Assembly (NCBI GenBank): GCA_030639065.1
Contig: DAOWDJ010000015.1
Span: forward strand, 1-32,222
Length of the DNA stretch: 32,222 bases
DNA from: an archaeon
GTDB lineage: Archaea; Nanobdellota; Nanobdellia; Pacearchaeales; GW2011-AR1
Direction of reading: 5' to 3'
The notes below the pieces were generated by a model that made no database searches, was not told the origin of the DNA, and saw nothing but the letters and a program-made list of their open reading frames with translations. Positions within the stretch are counted from its first letter, which is position 1. Every line of letters starts with the position of its first letter. The position numbers and the translations under genes were made by a program. Positions 17,084-25,920 of the stretch are shown in pieces.

Positions 17084-17650
17084 TTAGTGAACACTTCTGC
17101 TGACTTTGACTTCTTCGATCATCTTCTTGTTTTCAAATTTATCAAAGTAAATAATATTATCTAACCCCTTCTTTCGTTTTGCTTTAGCTTTAATTTTTGT
17201 TTCTTTTCCAATTGGGAAAAGTGCTTCTACATGTAGTCCTTCAGGAATATCTAAAGTTCTTTTGACTTGTTCGTCATAAAAATATCCTATCCAGGTCGTT
17301 ACTAATTTTTGTTCTGTTAATGCTAGTAAAAAGTTTTGAATTGCGGCTCCTGCTTGCTGGGCACAATAACGAACGCCTCGCTTGTCGTAATCTCTTATTA
17401 AATTTGAATCATCCGAAACAGCCACGACAACATATTGAGCTTTTCCTACAAAACCCTGCTGAGAGGCAGCTGCTAATTTTTCTATCTTCTTTTCATCTGA
17501 AACTAAAATAAATTTTGTCACAAATTGATTTCCTGCGCTTGGGGCAAATCTAGCTGCATCAATAGCTCGAATAATTTTTCGCCAATCTGGTTTTTTTAAA
17601 TCAAATTTTTTTACACTCTTTCTTTGTTCAATCGCATCTTTTAATTGCAT
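17084..17650 (-). CDS. Nitroreductase family protein
   Basis: AIEQRKSVKKF, ARFAPSAGN, AAIQNFLLA, WIG. Confidence 0.92.
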   Translation of the reverse strand: MQLKDAIEQRKSVKKFDLKKPDWRKIIRAIDAARFAPSAGNQFVTKFILVSDEKKIEKLAAASQQGFVGKAQYVVVAVSDDSNLIRDYDKRGVRYCAQQAGAAIQNFLLALTEQKLVTTWIGYFYDEQVKRTLDIPEGLHVEALFPIGKETKIKAKAKRKKGLDNIIYFDKFENKKMIEEVKVSRSVH

Positions 17651-17707
17651 AAAATAATATAGGATAAGAAGTTTATAAATTATCTGGAAGTTATTTTATT
17701 TAAAATT

Positions 17708-18655
17708 TTATTTTATTGTTTTTAAAATCTTTCTAATATCTGATGCTCTTCCACTATACCCTCTAGATAATCTATCTCTCTTTGTCCTAAATGGCTGCAA
17801 TTCTTCTTTAAATTTTTCATAATTATTTAAAACCTCCATAATTTCCCTTCTCAACTGGTCCTCATACTTCTTAGAATTTATTTTTTCAGGATCAATTTCT
17901 ATAATTCTATTTCTAAAAAAATCAGCATCTTCAACTGGAAGATCGCTCAACAATATCGTTCCAGATGCAGGAATTTCATAGAACTTTTTTAAAGGTAATC
18001 TCCAATGACTTGATCCACCTGTAGCTATTTTTGCCTGATTTAATAAATTCGAATAATCTTCTTCACAATTATTTTCTTTTCCTGGAAAATATCCTGGATG
18101 TTTTTGCTGATGAATATTTAAGCCTTCCTTGATACCAATCTTCGGCAAAACTTCAGCCAACCAATTTCTCACAGGATAAACCCATGGTTCATGAGTTCTA
18201 GTTGCACCACTCATTAAAATATCTATTTTTCTTTCTAAGCCATCATCTTGGAAAATTTCATCATTATAGCTAATAGCAGAAGGATAAAGATTAGAAATTT
18301 CCGCATATGGCTCTAGAAACCTAGGATTGAAAGTGACCGTATGATTAATCCCATTATCTAAAATATACTTTTTCTTTTTATCAACAGCCCAAGGAATCCA
18401 GTGATCTTGGAGAAATTCTACGACAGGAATATTGCAATTCGTTAAGCTTCCTTCTAGTTGATGAAAATGCTCGTCAGGTATTAAAACATGTGTAAATTCC
18501 CCCCTTTCGATATATTCATTTAATTCAGCTATATCCTTTGGAGATTGGGTTACCTCGTCAGAAACAGCATGCAATGTGGATACAAAATGTCTATCCATCA
18601 TGTCATCTAATTTAGAGAGATTTGCATAACCTAAAATTTTTAAATCTTTTTCCAC
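17708..18655 (-). CDS. Glycosyltransferase, GT-B fold (Glyco_trans_1_2/CgeB-like)
   Basis: RKIDILMSG, YPVR, YSNLLNQAKI, KFYEIPASGTILLSD. Confidence 0.8.
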   Translation of the reverse strand: MEKDLKILGYANLSKLDDMMDRHFVSTLHAVSDEVTQSPKDIAELNEYIERGEFTHVLIPDEHFHQLEGSLTNCNIPVVEFLQDHWIPWAVDKKKKYILDNGINHTVTFNPRFLEPYAEISNLYPSAISYNDEIFQDDGLERKIDILMSGATRTHEPWVYPVRNWLAEVLPKIGIKEGLNIHQQKHPGYFPGKENNCEEDYSNLLNQAKIATGGSSHWRLPLKKFYEIPASGTILLSDLPVEDADFFRNRIIEIDPEKINSKKYEDQLRREIMEVLNNYEKFKEELQPFRTKRDRLSRGYSGRASDIRKILKTIK

Positions 18656-18669
18656 GCCAAGCCGTCTCC

Positions 18670-19587
18670 TTAATCTCTACGAGAAACAGGTCTTACTCCC
18701 CAAACATTTTCAAAATGATCTGTGCTCTCTTTTATCGTTTTAACTTTTCTTCTTATTGCTTCATAGTCTTTAAATTCTTCAGTTGTAGGATGATCATGGG
18801 TAATGAGACATTCTGGTTCAAAAATTATTTTTGCTAAAGGCTTATTTTCTCCATTCATCAATTCTGTTAATGAAATCCATCCTTCTTGGCCTCCTCTTAA
18901 CTCGCTCCAATACTCAAATGATTCTTTTGTCAAACCTAAAGTTTTTAATGAAAGACTAAAATCCTCCCAACCTATTTTATGTCCTTCATCATATCCTCCG
19001 ACTTTCTTAATAAATTCTGGAGTTTTTGCACTTGTTCCTAATATAACATCTGATTCTAATCTAGAAATTCCACTTCTTTTTTGAGGGCTTCCTTCTCCTG
19101 GCACTTCATATTCTAATTTTAACTTCTTATTTTTAGAATCAATCATAAAACCCATGTTGGCATTATAAAACGGACTTCCATCTGGCTGAATTAATTTGGG
19201 ACAAACCACCTGTGCCCCCTCCTCTCGAATAGCACTAGTTATTGCTTCATCATACCCTTTGTGAACTAAGCAATCATTATCTAAACTTAAAACCCAATTC
19301 AAATCATCTCCGTATTTAGACATTGCATATTCTATGATTTTGTTTCTTCCTTTAGAAACCCCCAAATTCACATCACTTGTTAAAACAGTAACTCTCTCTG
19401 AATATTGTGACTTTAAATCATTTAAATATTCTAAAGTTCTATCTTTAGACCCATTATCTAGAAAAATCATCTTTACATCCTCGTGACTATTTTTTATAAT
19501 TGAATTAACAGCTCTCTCTGTCAAAGAAAGTCTATCAAGAGTTAGTATGCTTACTATGTCTTGTTTTGGCGTATAATCTTTTTCCAT
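18670..19587 (-). CDS. Glycosyltransferase family 2
   Basis: FLDNGSKDRT, NLGVSKGRN, LDND, GGYDE, WEDFSL. Confidence 0.9.
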   Translation of the reverse strand: MEKDYTPKQDIVSILTLDRLSLTERAVNSIIKNSHEDVKMIFLDNGSKDRTLEYLNDLKSQYSERVTVLTSDVNLGVSKGRNKIIEYAMSKYGDDLNWVLSLDNDCLVHKGYDEAITSAIREEGAQVVCPKLIQPDGSPFYNANMGFMIDSKNKKLKLEYEVPGEGSPQKRSGISRLESDVILGTSAKTPEFIKKVGGYDEGHKIGWEDFSLSLKTLGLTKESFEYWSELRGGQEGWISLTELMNGENKPLAKIIFEPECLITHDHPTTEEFKDYEAIRRKVKTIKESTDHFENVWGVRPVSRRD

Positions 19588-19701
19588 TTTTTTTCGTTTT
19601 TAAATCTTACTAATTTATAGCACAACTATTATAAATATCTATCGGTTTATTTATAAGTCTTGTGTTCAATTATATAATAACAACACCGTTTTTGATGAAA
19701 T

Positions 19702-19941
19702 AAAGTTTTTGAACATATTTAATCACAAAATGCATTTCACAAAACTATAGAATTTAGATTGTTTTTTCTCGAAGCGTTTTGCTCACACCGACCATCTGCG
19801 GTTTGATGTCCTAAAAACAACGCTTTTGAGAGGACTCTACTCAAACTTCACTCTGAAATTTTTCTAATCACTTCGTTGAGAAAAATTCGAGCAAAGGTTT
19901 TCGCCTCCGACTTGTCTGCGGTTCGACGTCCTAGAAAGCTA
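19702..19941 (-). repeat. Two tandem tRNA-Asn 3' cassettes of about 120 bp each, carrying different 66-nt inserts
   Basis: 19820-19837 is identical to 19941-19958. Inverted T-arm copies lie at 19913-19932 and 19794-19812. Inserts lie at 19838-19903 and 19720-19785. Confidence 0.88.
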
Positions 19942-20014
19942 CGCTTTTGAGAGGACTCGAACCTCCGACATCACGGTTAACAGCCGTGCGCTCTACCTAC
20001 TGAGCTACAAAAGC
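19942..20014 (-). tRNA. tRNA-Asn (GTT)
   Basis: Acceptor GCTTTTG/CAAAAGC, anticodon arm CACGG-CTGTTAA-CCGTG, T-arm GGAGG-TTCGAGT-CCTCT. Confidence 0.96.
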
Positions 20015-20076
20015 ATAATCAATTATCAAAAATTGGATATATAAAACTAACGATTAAGGCATAAATATATTCTATC

Positions 20077-20421
20077 TTATTTAAAATCTTGAACAATTTC
20101 TAAGAGATTCTTTTTTTCGCTTGATGTTATTTCAAATTTTTTAGAAAACTTTTTGAATCCTCTAGATGAAAACTCTTCATCTATATTTGGACATCTAGCA
20201 GAATACTCTATCATATCTATCCTAGTACTCCCACATACTGAAACTTGTTTCTTTTTATGAAAAATATAAATTTCGTCTACACTATCATATTCCCCACTAG
20301 ACATCATATGTTCTCCAATACCTTTAGCAACCTCTAAGTAGCCTTTTTTTGCCCTCTCTGTGAAGACATTTCTTGTCTTATCATCTTTTGGTAAATCAAA
20401 TTCTATTCCCATCTTTACCAT
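20077..20421 (-). CDS. Hypothetical protein
   Basis: 114-aa ORF with an upstream TATA box (TTTATA); no recognised motif. Confidence 0.65.
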   Translation of the reverse strand: MVKMGIEFDLPKDDKTRNVFTERAKKGYLEVAKGIGEHMMSSGEYDSVDEIYIFHKKKQVSVCGSTRIDMIEYSARCPNIDEEFSSRGFKKFSKKFEITSSEKKNLLEIVQDFK

Positions 20422-20455
20422 TTTGGAATTACAACAGACTATATAAATTTATCTA

Positions 20456-20992
20456 TTAATTATCCAGCTCCTCTTCTATCCCTTTCTTTAGGCCGAGGTC
20501 ATCTCTCTCGAATTTACGTTTTGAGATATTTTGCTTTTCTAAATATGCAAAAACATTCCCGTGTTTTGCTCCTTGAATTAGTGATTCGATTCCCTGCATA
20601 ACCGCATCCAAATGATCGGCATCTACAATTACACCGACAGTATTTCCTTGAATTACAATTTCTGATCCGGTTAAGTTTTGAATTGTTTTCCGGGCTTTTC
20701 CCCCAGTTCCAATTAATCTTGCACGTACATCTTTTAAATTTTTCCGATGTGTGTGCTCTTTAACCTCTATAAATTCTAAAAGAAAATTATCGCTCATTAA
20801 CAATAATGCATCGTCGATATTAAACCCAAAATCTACTGCTCTTATTACTTTTTCAACTAAATATTCGTTTAATTCGCTTCCCTTAATGGAGATATTGCCC
20901 TTCCCAAACCCGATTTTGACTTTTACTTTATTTTCAATTACAGGCACAGCTTTCTTAATCTTATTCATGTTTGTAACTATGACATTTCTCAT
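20456..20992 (-). CDS. KH-domain rRNA-processing protein (Dim2/Pno1/Krr1-like)
   Basis: RAVDFGFNIDDALLL, ARLIGTGGKARKTIQNLT, GAKHGNVFAYLE. Confidence 0.92.
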   Translation of the reverse strand: MRNVIVTNMNKIKKAVPVIENKVKVKIGFGKGNISIKGSELNEYLVEKVIRAVDFGFNIDDALLLMSDNFLLEFIEVKEHTHRKNLKDVRARLIGTGGKARKTIQNLTGSEIVIQGNTVGVIVDADHLDAVMQGIESLIQGAKHGNVFAYLEKQNISKRKFERDDLGLKKGIEEELDN

Positions 20993-21099
20993 AACGTATG
21001 AAAAGAACAGAAGTTTATAAAATTTGGGGACTCCTTGAATTTTGTGTATAATCCGCTAATAATAAACTTTTTATACCAAATTCTCGCTAAATTACTAAT

Positions 21100-21171
21100 G
21101 ACGGTTGTAGTTCAATGGTAGAATGTACGGTTGTGGTCCGTGAGACGCGAGTTCGATTCTCGCCTTCCGTC
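21100..21171 (+). tRNA. tRNA-His (GTG), with encoded G-1 and C73
   Basis: Anticodon arm TACGG-TTGTGGT-CCGTG and T-arm GCGAG-TTCGATT-CTCGC; the acceptor stem has two U-U mismatches. Confidence 0.88.
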
Positions 21172-21331
21172 TATTTTCTTTTTTCTTCTGTGATTTTAAC
21201 AGAAAAATAACCCTTATGTACGCTAGTACACTACGGAACATTTTTCAATGAAAATCTCTCGAATTAAAAAGAAAATGTTAGCTTTTGTTATTTTTAGGAA
21301 ATGATATAAAGGCTTTTTTGCTTATTCTGTA

Positions 21332-22495
21332 ATGAGAACACAAACAGTGAAAGGTTTCCAGGATTTTACAAATAAGGAAGCTTTGAAACGAATGAAGATG
21401 AGAAAGATTATCCAAAGACAGTTTGAACTTTATGGTTTTGAACCTGCGGAGACTCCAACGATTGAGTTTGAAGAATTTGTAAAAGGGGCCAATCCTAATG
21501 ACGAGGCTGTACGCGATGTATTCCAGTTGGAAGATAGGGGAAGGCGAGAGTTGGCGTTGAGGTATGAGTTTACTTTTCAATTAAAGAGAATTGCGAAGAA
21601 TCAAAAATTGCCGTATAAAAGATATCAGATTGGGAAAGTTTTTCGGGATGAGCCAATAAGAAAAGGGAGACTAAGAGAATTTGTTCAGTGTGATGCTGAT
21701 ATTATTGGGAGTTCCATGAAGGATGAAGCTGAATGTTTGAAACTTGGAAAGAATATTTTTGAAGAGTTGGGATTGCCAGTAAAAATTTATGTTAATAATA
21801 GAAAATTGATAAATGAAATTTTGACTTCGGAGAGTATTAAAGAAAAAGATAGAGAGCAAATTGTTAGAGAACTTGATAAATTAGACAAGTTGTCGAAAAA
21901 AGAAGTTGCAGATAATTTGAAAAAACTTGGAGCAGAGAAACTGTTGAAGATTTTTACTGGAGATGAGAAGAGTTTTGAGAAATATAATTTCTATAAGGAA
22001 ATTAAGGAATTAAAAAAAATGTGTAAAATTTATGGATTTAAAGTTGAATTCAGACCGTTTTTAGCGAGAGGACTTTCATATTATAACGGGACTGTTTTTG
22101 AAATCTGGTCAAAGAATTTAAATGTCTCTCTTTGTGGAGGTGGAAGTTATCTTATTGATGATATTCAATCTACGGGAATTTCTTTCGGACTAGAACCAAT
22201 ATCTTTATTGTCAAAAATCAAAGGTAATACAACTAAAATCCAAATTATTTCAATTGGCGAAGACGGGGATGCAATTAGATTGGCTGAGAAATTGAGGGAT
22301 AATGATATTTCAGTTAGTCTTTTATTAGATAAGTCAATTGGAAAGGCAATGGATTATGCAAATTCGAAAGGAATTGAAAAAGTGATTTTTGTTGGAAAAG
22401 AAGAGGTTGCGAAAAAGAAATTTAAGGTTAAGGATATGAAAAGTGGGAAAGAGGAATTTATTTCTGCAGAAAAAATCTTGGTTAATATTAAGTAG
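21332..22495 (+). CDS. hisS: Histidyl-tRNA synthetase
   Basis: ALRYEFT, motif 2 FRDEPIRKGRLREFVQCDADI, ARGLSYYNGTVFE, C-terminal anticodon-binding domain. Confidence 0.92.
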   Translation: MRTQTVKGFQDFTNKEALKRMKMRKIIQRQFELYGFEPAETPTIEFEEFVKGANPNDEAVRDVFQLEDRGRRELALRYEFTFQLKRIAKNQKLPYKRYQIGKVFRDEPIRKGRLREFVQCDADIIGSSMKDEAECLKLGKNIFEELGLPVKIYVNNRKLINEILTSESIKEKDREQIVRELDKLDKLSKKEVADNLKKLGAEKLLKIFTGDEKSFEKYNFYKEIKELKKMCKIYGFKVEFRPFLARGLSYYNGTVFEIWSKNLNVSLCGGGSYLIDDIQSTGISFGLEPISLLSKIKGNTTKIQIISIGEDGDAIRLAEKLRDNDISVSLLLDKSIGKAMDYANSKGIEKVIFVGKEEVAKKKFKVKDMKSGKEEFISAEKILVNIK

Positions 22496-22496
22496 A

Positions 22497-23510
22497 CTAT
22501 TTGTTTTCTAAGAATTCTCGAATGTTCTGTTTAAACCTGTCTAAATCTTCTGCAAGAATCATTCCGCCAGCTGCTCGTACATGCCCACCTGCTGAACTAT
22601 CTTTTAATCCTAATGTTCCTTTCTTCAATAAATCTATCGCATTTATTTCCTTAAAGGCATTTCTTGCTGAAAGAGAAATCTGTTTTCCATTTTCTTTTGG
22701 TGAGGCAAAAATATATACTTCGTCTACATTTTTATGAGAAATTATTCCGGTTACAGCTCCCTTAACTGAAAGTTTTGGTTTGAAGTAATAAAAATTAACA
22801 TCTCCTAATTTTTCTTTATTCTTCTCATATCTTTCCACAAATTCTTGTATTTCGTCCTCTATTTTATCTGCATATACCCTTAGAGATGCAACGTCTTCTA
22901 ATGATTTTAATTCTTCTAATAATTTGAATGTCTTATTGGGATCTTTATCGAGATAATTTATTGTGTTTGAAACTACACTTGAGATATTTTTTTTAAAATC
23001 ATCTAAAGAAATATTGAGTTTATCTAAATGAGAATTTATGTAATCCTGATTCTCCTGATACAAATCTCCAGCGTCGGTAATTGTCCCAATTAATGCCAAG
23101 AAGGGTTTCAATCCTGTTAGCTCCCCTGCTGTTCTCGATGAAGGAATATATTTTCCATCGTCTGTAATAAATGTTAAAATATTTTTAGGGAAAACTCCTT
23201 TTTCAGGGTGATGATCGAGGTATAAAACTTGCTTATTTGAAATAATGTTAAGTTCCTCTGCTACAACTTCAGAAGTTATATCAGTTAGAATAATTTTATT
23301 AAATTTTTCTAAACCAAAATCTTTTATTTTGGATTTATTAAGCACATAAGTAAATTCCTCAACCTTTGCACCTTTTTGTTTACACCAGTCGTAATATAAA
23401 ATCCCGGAGCAAAAGCCGTCTCCGTCGTCATGGTGAATAATTGCAACATTGTCCTCGTTGTCTATATCATCTAAAAATTCTTTTGCTTCTTGAAATGTTA
23501 TTTTTGGCAT
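22497..23510 (-). CDS. DHH family phosphoesterase with DHHA1 domain (RecJ/NrnA-like)
   Basis: HHDDGDGFCS, LDHH, GTITD, SAGGHVRAAG. Confidence 0.9.
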   Translation of the reverse strand: MPKITFQEAKEFLDDIDNEDNVAIIHHDDGDGFCSGILYYDWCKQKGAKVEEFTYVLNKSKIKDFGLEKFNKIILTDITSEVVAEELNIISNKQVLYLDHHPEKGVFPKNILTFITDDGKYIPSSRTAGELTGLKPFLALIGTITDAGDLYQENQDYINSHLDKLNISLDDFKKNISSVVSNTINYLDKDPNKTFKLLEELKSLEDVASLRVYADKIEDEIQEFVERYEKNKEKLGDVNFYYFKPKLSVKGAVTGIISHKNVDEVYIFASPKENGKQISLSARNAFKEINAIDLLKKGTLGLKDSSAGGHVRAAGGMILAEDLDRFKQNIREFLENK

Positions 23511-23511
23511 A

Positions 23512-23838
23512 TTAGTTTTTTAGTGCAACATATTTTAATTTTATCTTTTTTATTGTGGTTTTGGAAAGTAATAAAGATTGCTGTTCTATATCTCTTATGT
23601 TGCCAGATTCTAGGAGATAGATTAATTTAAACTTTGTTCCAAATTTTTTATCTGGTTTTCCGTCGCCATTTTCATCAAGAACATCTAGCAGTTCAGCATC
23701 ATACCAAAGCCATGCTGTAGGAATTAGAGTTGCTAGTGAGATTTTATTTCTTTTAAAGACCCTTTCTACTTCTGTAGTTGTATGGATTTCGGTTTGAAAT
23801 TTTTTGAAATTTAACTCTCCAATTTTTTTAGTTTTCAT
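23512..23838 (-). CDS. Hypothetical protein
   Basis: 108 aa; translationally coupled between gatA and the DHH gene. Confidence 0.7.
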   Translation of the reverse strand: MKTKKIGELNFKKFQTEIHTTTEVERVFKRNKISLATLIPTAWLWYDAELLDVLDENGDGKPDKKFGTKFKLIYLLESGNIRDIEQQSLLLSKTTIKKIKLKYVALKN

Positions 23839-25166
23839 TCAAAATCCTTTGCTAATTTAAAAATTAATTCTTCTTGGAAATGTGGTGCTAAAATCTGAAG
23901 TCCTACATCTTTTTCTTTTATTTTTCCTACAGGAATTGAAATTGCGGGGATTCCTGCTATCGAGGCTGGTGTTGTAAATAAGTCATAATTATACATGTCC
24001 TTAATTGGAATAGATTCGCCAATTTTGTGAGGAAGTTTGGGTACGGTTGGAAGAATTATTGCATCGACTTCTTGAAATATCTTTTCAAACTGCTGTTTGA
24101 TAAAATTCCTTGCCTTTAATGCTTCATGGTAGTATTTCCCTTCGTGTTCTGCTTTTGTTATTTCAGAGCCTCCAATGATTCTCCTAATGACTTCTGGACC
24201 AGCTGTTTCTTCAATTTTTTTCCCGAATCTCCGTCCATCAAATTTCCGTGTTGTCGAAAAAAATTCGGTATAAACAATTATGTAATAGGTCTGAATTGCA
24301 ATATCTAGTGGCAAGTTTATCTTCTTAATTTTCCAATTATTTTTTTTCGCGATTTCATCTGTTTTGGTTTTAATTAATTCTGTAATTTCTTTCGAGCAAA
24401 AATCATGAACATTTACTAACCCTATTGCCCTTTTTTTTGATAGCTTATTTTTTGTGGTATCTTTGGTAGTTTGATCGAAATTATCTTGTCCCTTAATTAC
24501 ATTAAATATTAATTTTGCATCTTCTGAAGAATGTGTTAATGGACCGATGCAATCGAACGACATCGCCATATCGATTAGTCCGTATCGCGAGACTGCTCCG
24601 TAAGTCGGTTTTAGTCCGACTATCCCACAATGTGATGCTGGATTTCTAATTGAACCACCCGTATCTGAACCTAGTGAGAAGTCACATAATCCTGCTGCTA
24701 CCGAAGCTGCTGCACCAGAAGATGAACCTCCTGGAATTAACTCTGGGTTTTTAGGATTTTTTGTAGGACCGAACGCCGATGTTTCTCCTGAGGCCCCACA
24801 GGCAAATTCATCCATGTTTAGCATCCCTAAAAGAATCGCGTCTTCGGCTAAAAGTTTGTTTACAACCGTTGCATTATAAGGCGAAACGTAACCTTCTAAG
24901 ACTTTTGAACCGCAATTTGTTTCCATCCCCTTCGCTGATATATTTGATTTTATAGCGAAACATAATCCTGCTAATTTTCCTGCTTTATTTTCCTTAATTC
25001 TTTTATCTATCTTTTTTGCTTGTTCAATTGCATCTTCGTTTAGAGATAAAAAAATATTCAGATCTTTTGTTTTTGGAGTCGCGATTTCTTTTGAGAAATT
25101 CATTACATTTTTTAGTGCTGAAAGTTTTCCTTCTTTGATTTGTTTGAGTTTATGTTTTAATGTCAT
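23835..25166 (-). CDS. gatA: Asp/Glu-tRNA amidotransferase subunit A
   Basis: Amidase signature PGGSSSG, LGSDTGGSIRNPASHCG, KPTYGAVSRYGL, GPEVIRRI. Confidence 0.95.
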   Translation of the reverse strand: MTLKHKLKQIKEGKLSALKNVMNFSKEIATPKTKDLNIFLSLNEDAIEQAKKIDKRIKENKAGKLAGLCFAIKSNISAKGMETNCGSKVLEGYVSPYNATVVNKLLAEDAILLGMLNMDEFACGASGETSAFGPTKNPKNPELIPGGSSSGAAASVAAGLCDFSLGSDTGGSIRNPASHCGIVGLKPTYGAVSRYGLIDMAMSFDCIGPLTHSSEDAKLIFNVIKGQDNFDQTTKDTTKNKLSKKRAIGLVNVHDFCSKEITELIKTKTDEIAKKNNWKIKKINLPLDIAIQTYYIIVYTEFFSTTRKFDGRRFGKKIEETAGPEVIRRIIGGSEITKAEHEGKYYHEALKARNFIKQQFEKIFQEVDAIILPTVPKLPHKIGESIPIKDMYNYDLFTTPASIAGIPAISIPVGKIKEKDVGLQILAPHFQEELIFKLAKDFE

Positions 25167-25167
25167 T

Positions 25168-25587
25168 TTATTTTATATCTCCTTTTTCGATTAAGAATTG
25201 TGTGTAGGGAGAAACTTTGTGTTTCCATTTGTCTATGTCTTTCAAGTCAAGCCAAATTATTTCCTTTGTTTCATCCGTAGTCTTTATCTTTCCTTTATTT
25301 TTTAGTTTTGCCAAATAGCTTGTAAGAATTATCGCCATTTTTTCTTTTGTGTGAGGGTTCTCCCATAATACCTTTGGGCTAAGTGGCTTCATGATATCTA
25401 TTTCTCCATTAATTTCCTCTTTTACTTCTCTTTTGCATGCTCCCTCCAAATTTTCCTTTTCTTCTAAGGTTCCTCCAGGAAGTTTATAAAATTCATCATC
25501 TCCTTCTTTAACTGTCAACAATTTTCCGTTCTCGATTATTATTGGACCCGAGACAACGATATATTTTCCTTCCATTATTTTTTCCAA
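25168..25587 (-). CDS. NUDIX hydrolase
   Basis: Nudix box PGGTLEEKENLEGACKREVKEE. Confidence 0.92.
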   Translation of the reverse strand: MEKIMEGKYIVVSGPIIIENGKLLTVKEGDDEFYKLPGGTLEEKENLEGACKREVKEEINGEIDIMKPLSPKVLWENPHTKEKMAIILTSYLAKLKNKGKIKTTDETKEIIWLDLKDIDKWKHKVSPYTQFLIEKGDIK

Positions 25588-25835
25588 GCCCCCTTTTCAG
25601 CTATTATAAAATCGTCTTCAACAAAAGGCGCATTCAAAAGCGTCAAGTCTCTAAAATCTGGGTCAGTATTCCATCCATCTCCTTCTTCTCTGACTCCTTC
25701 TCCATTTTCAAAATGTGCTTCTGTAGTTTTTATTTTGGATAACTTAGATGAAAATTCGTTCAAGAGGTTTTTAGATTCTTTTCTAATTTTTTCTTTTTCT
25801 TTCTCGCTGACTTCGTGCCAAAGTGAATTACTCAT
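25575..25835 (-). CDS. gatC: Asp/Glu-tRNA amidotransferase subunit C (divergent)
   Basis: GVREEG...LLNAPFVEDDFI resembles the GatC C-terminus; lies upstream of gatA. Confidence 0.7.
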   Translation of the reverse strand: MSNSLWHEVSEKEKEKIRKESKNLLNEFSSKLSKIKTTEAHFENGEGVREEGDGWNTDPDFRDLTLLNAPFVEDDFIIAEKGAWKK

Positions 25836-25920
25836 ACTAAAAATAGTTCGATAAGGTTTATAAAATTGATGATATAGTTTTTGTAGTAAAGTTTAAAAGA
25901 TTTATATCTCATTATCGCAC

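Noticed and set aside
19838-19941. Known self-cleaving ribozyme (hammerhead or theta/HDV-like) in the tRNA trailer
   Set aside because: There is no CUGANGA core, and I could not trace an HDV-like double pseudoknot by eye. A motif search would be needed to exclude it formally.
19702-19958. CRISPR array
   Set aside because: The repeats are tRNA-derived, there are only 2-3 units, the spacers are structured and longer than 60 nt, and no cas genes are present.
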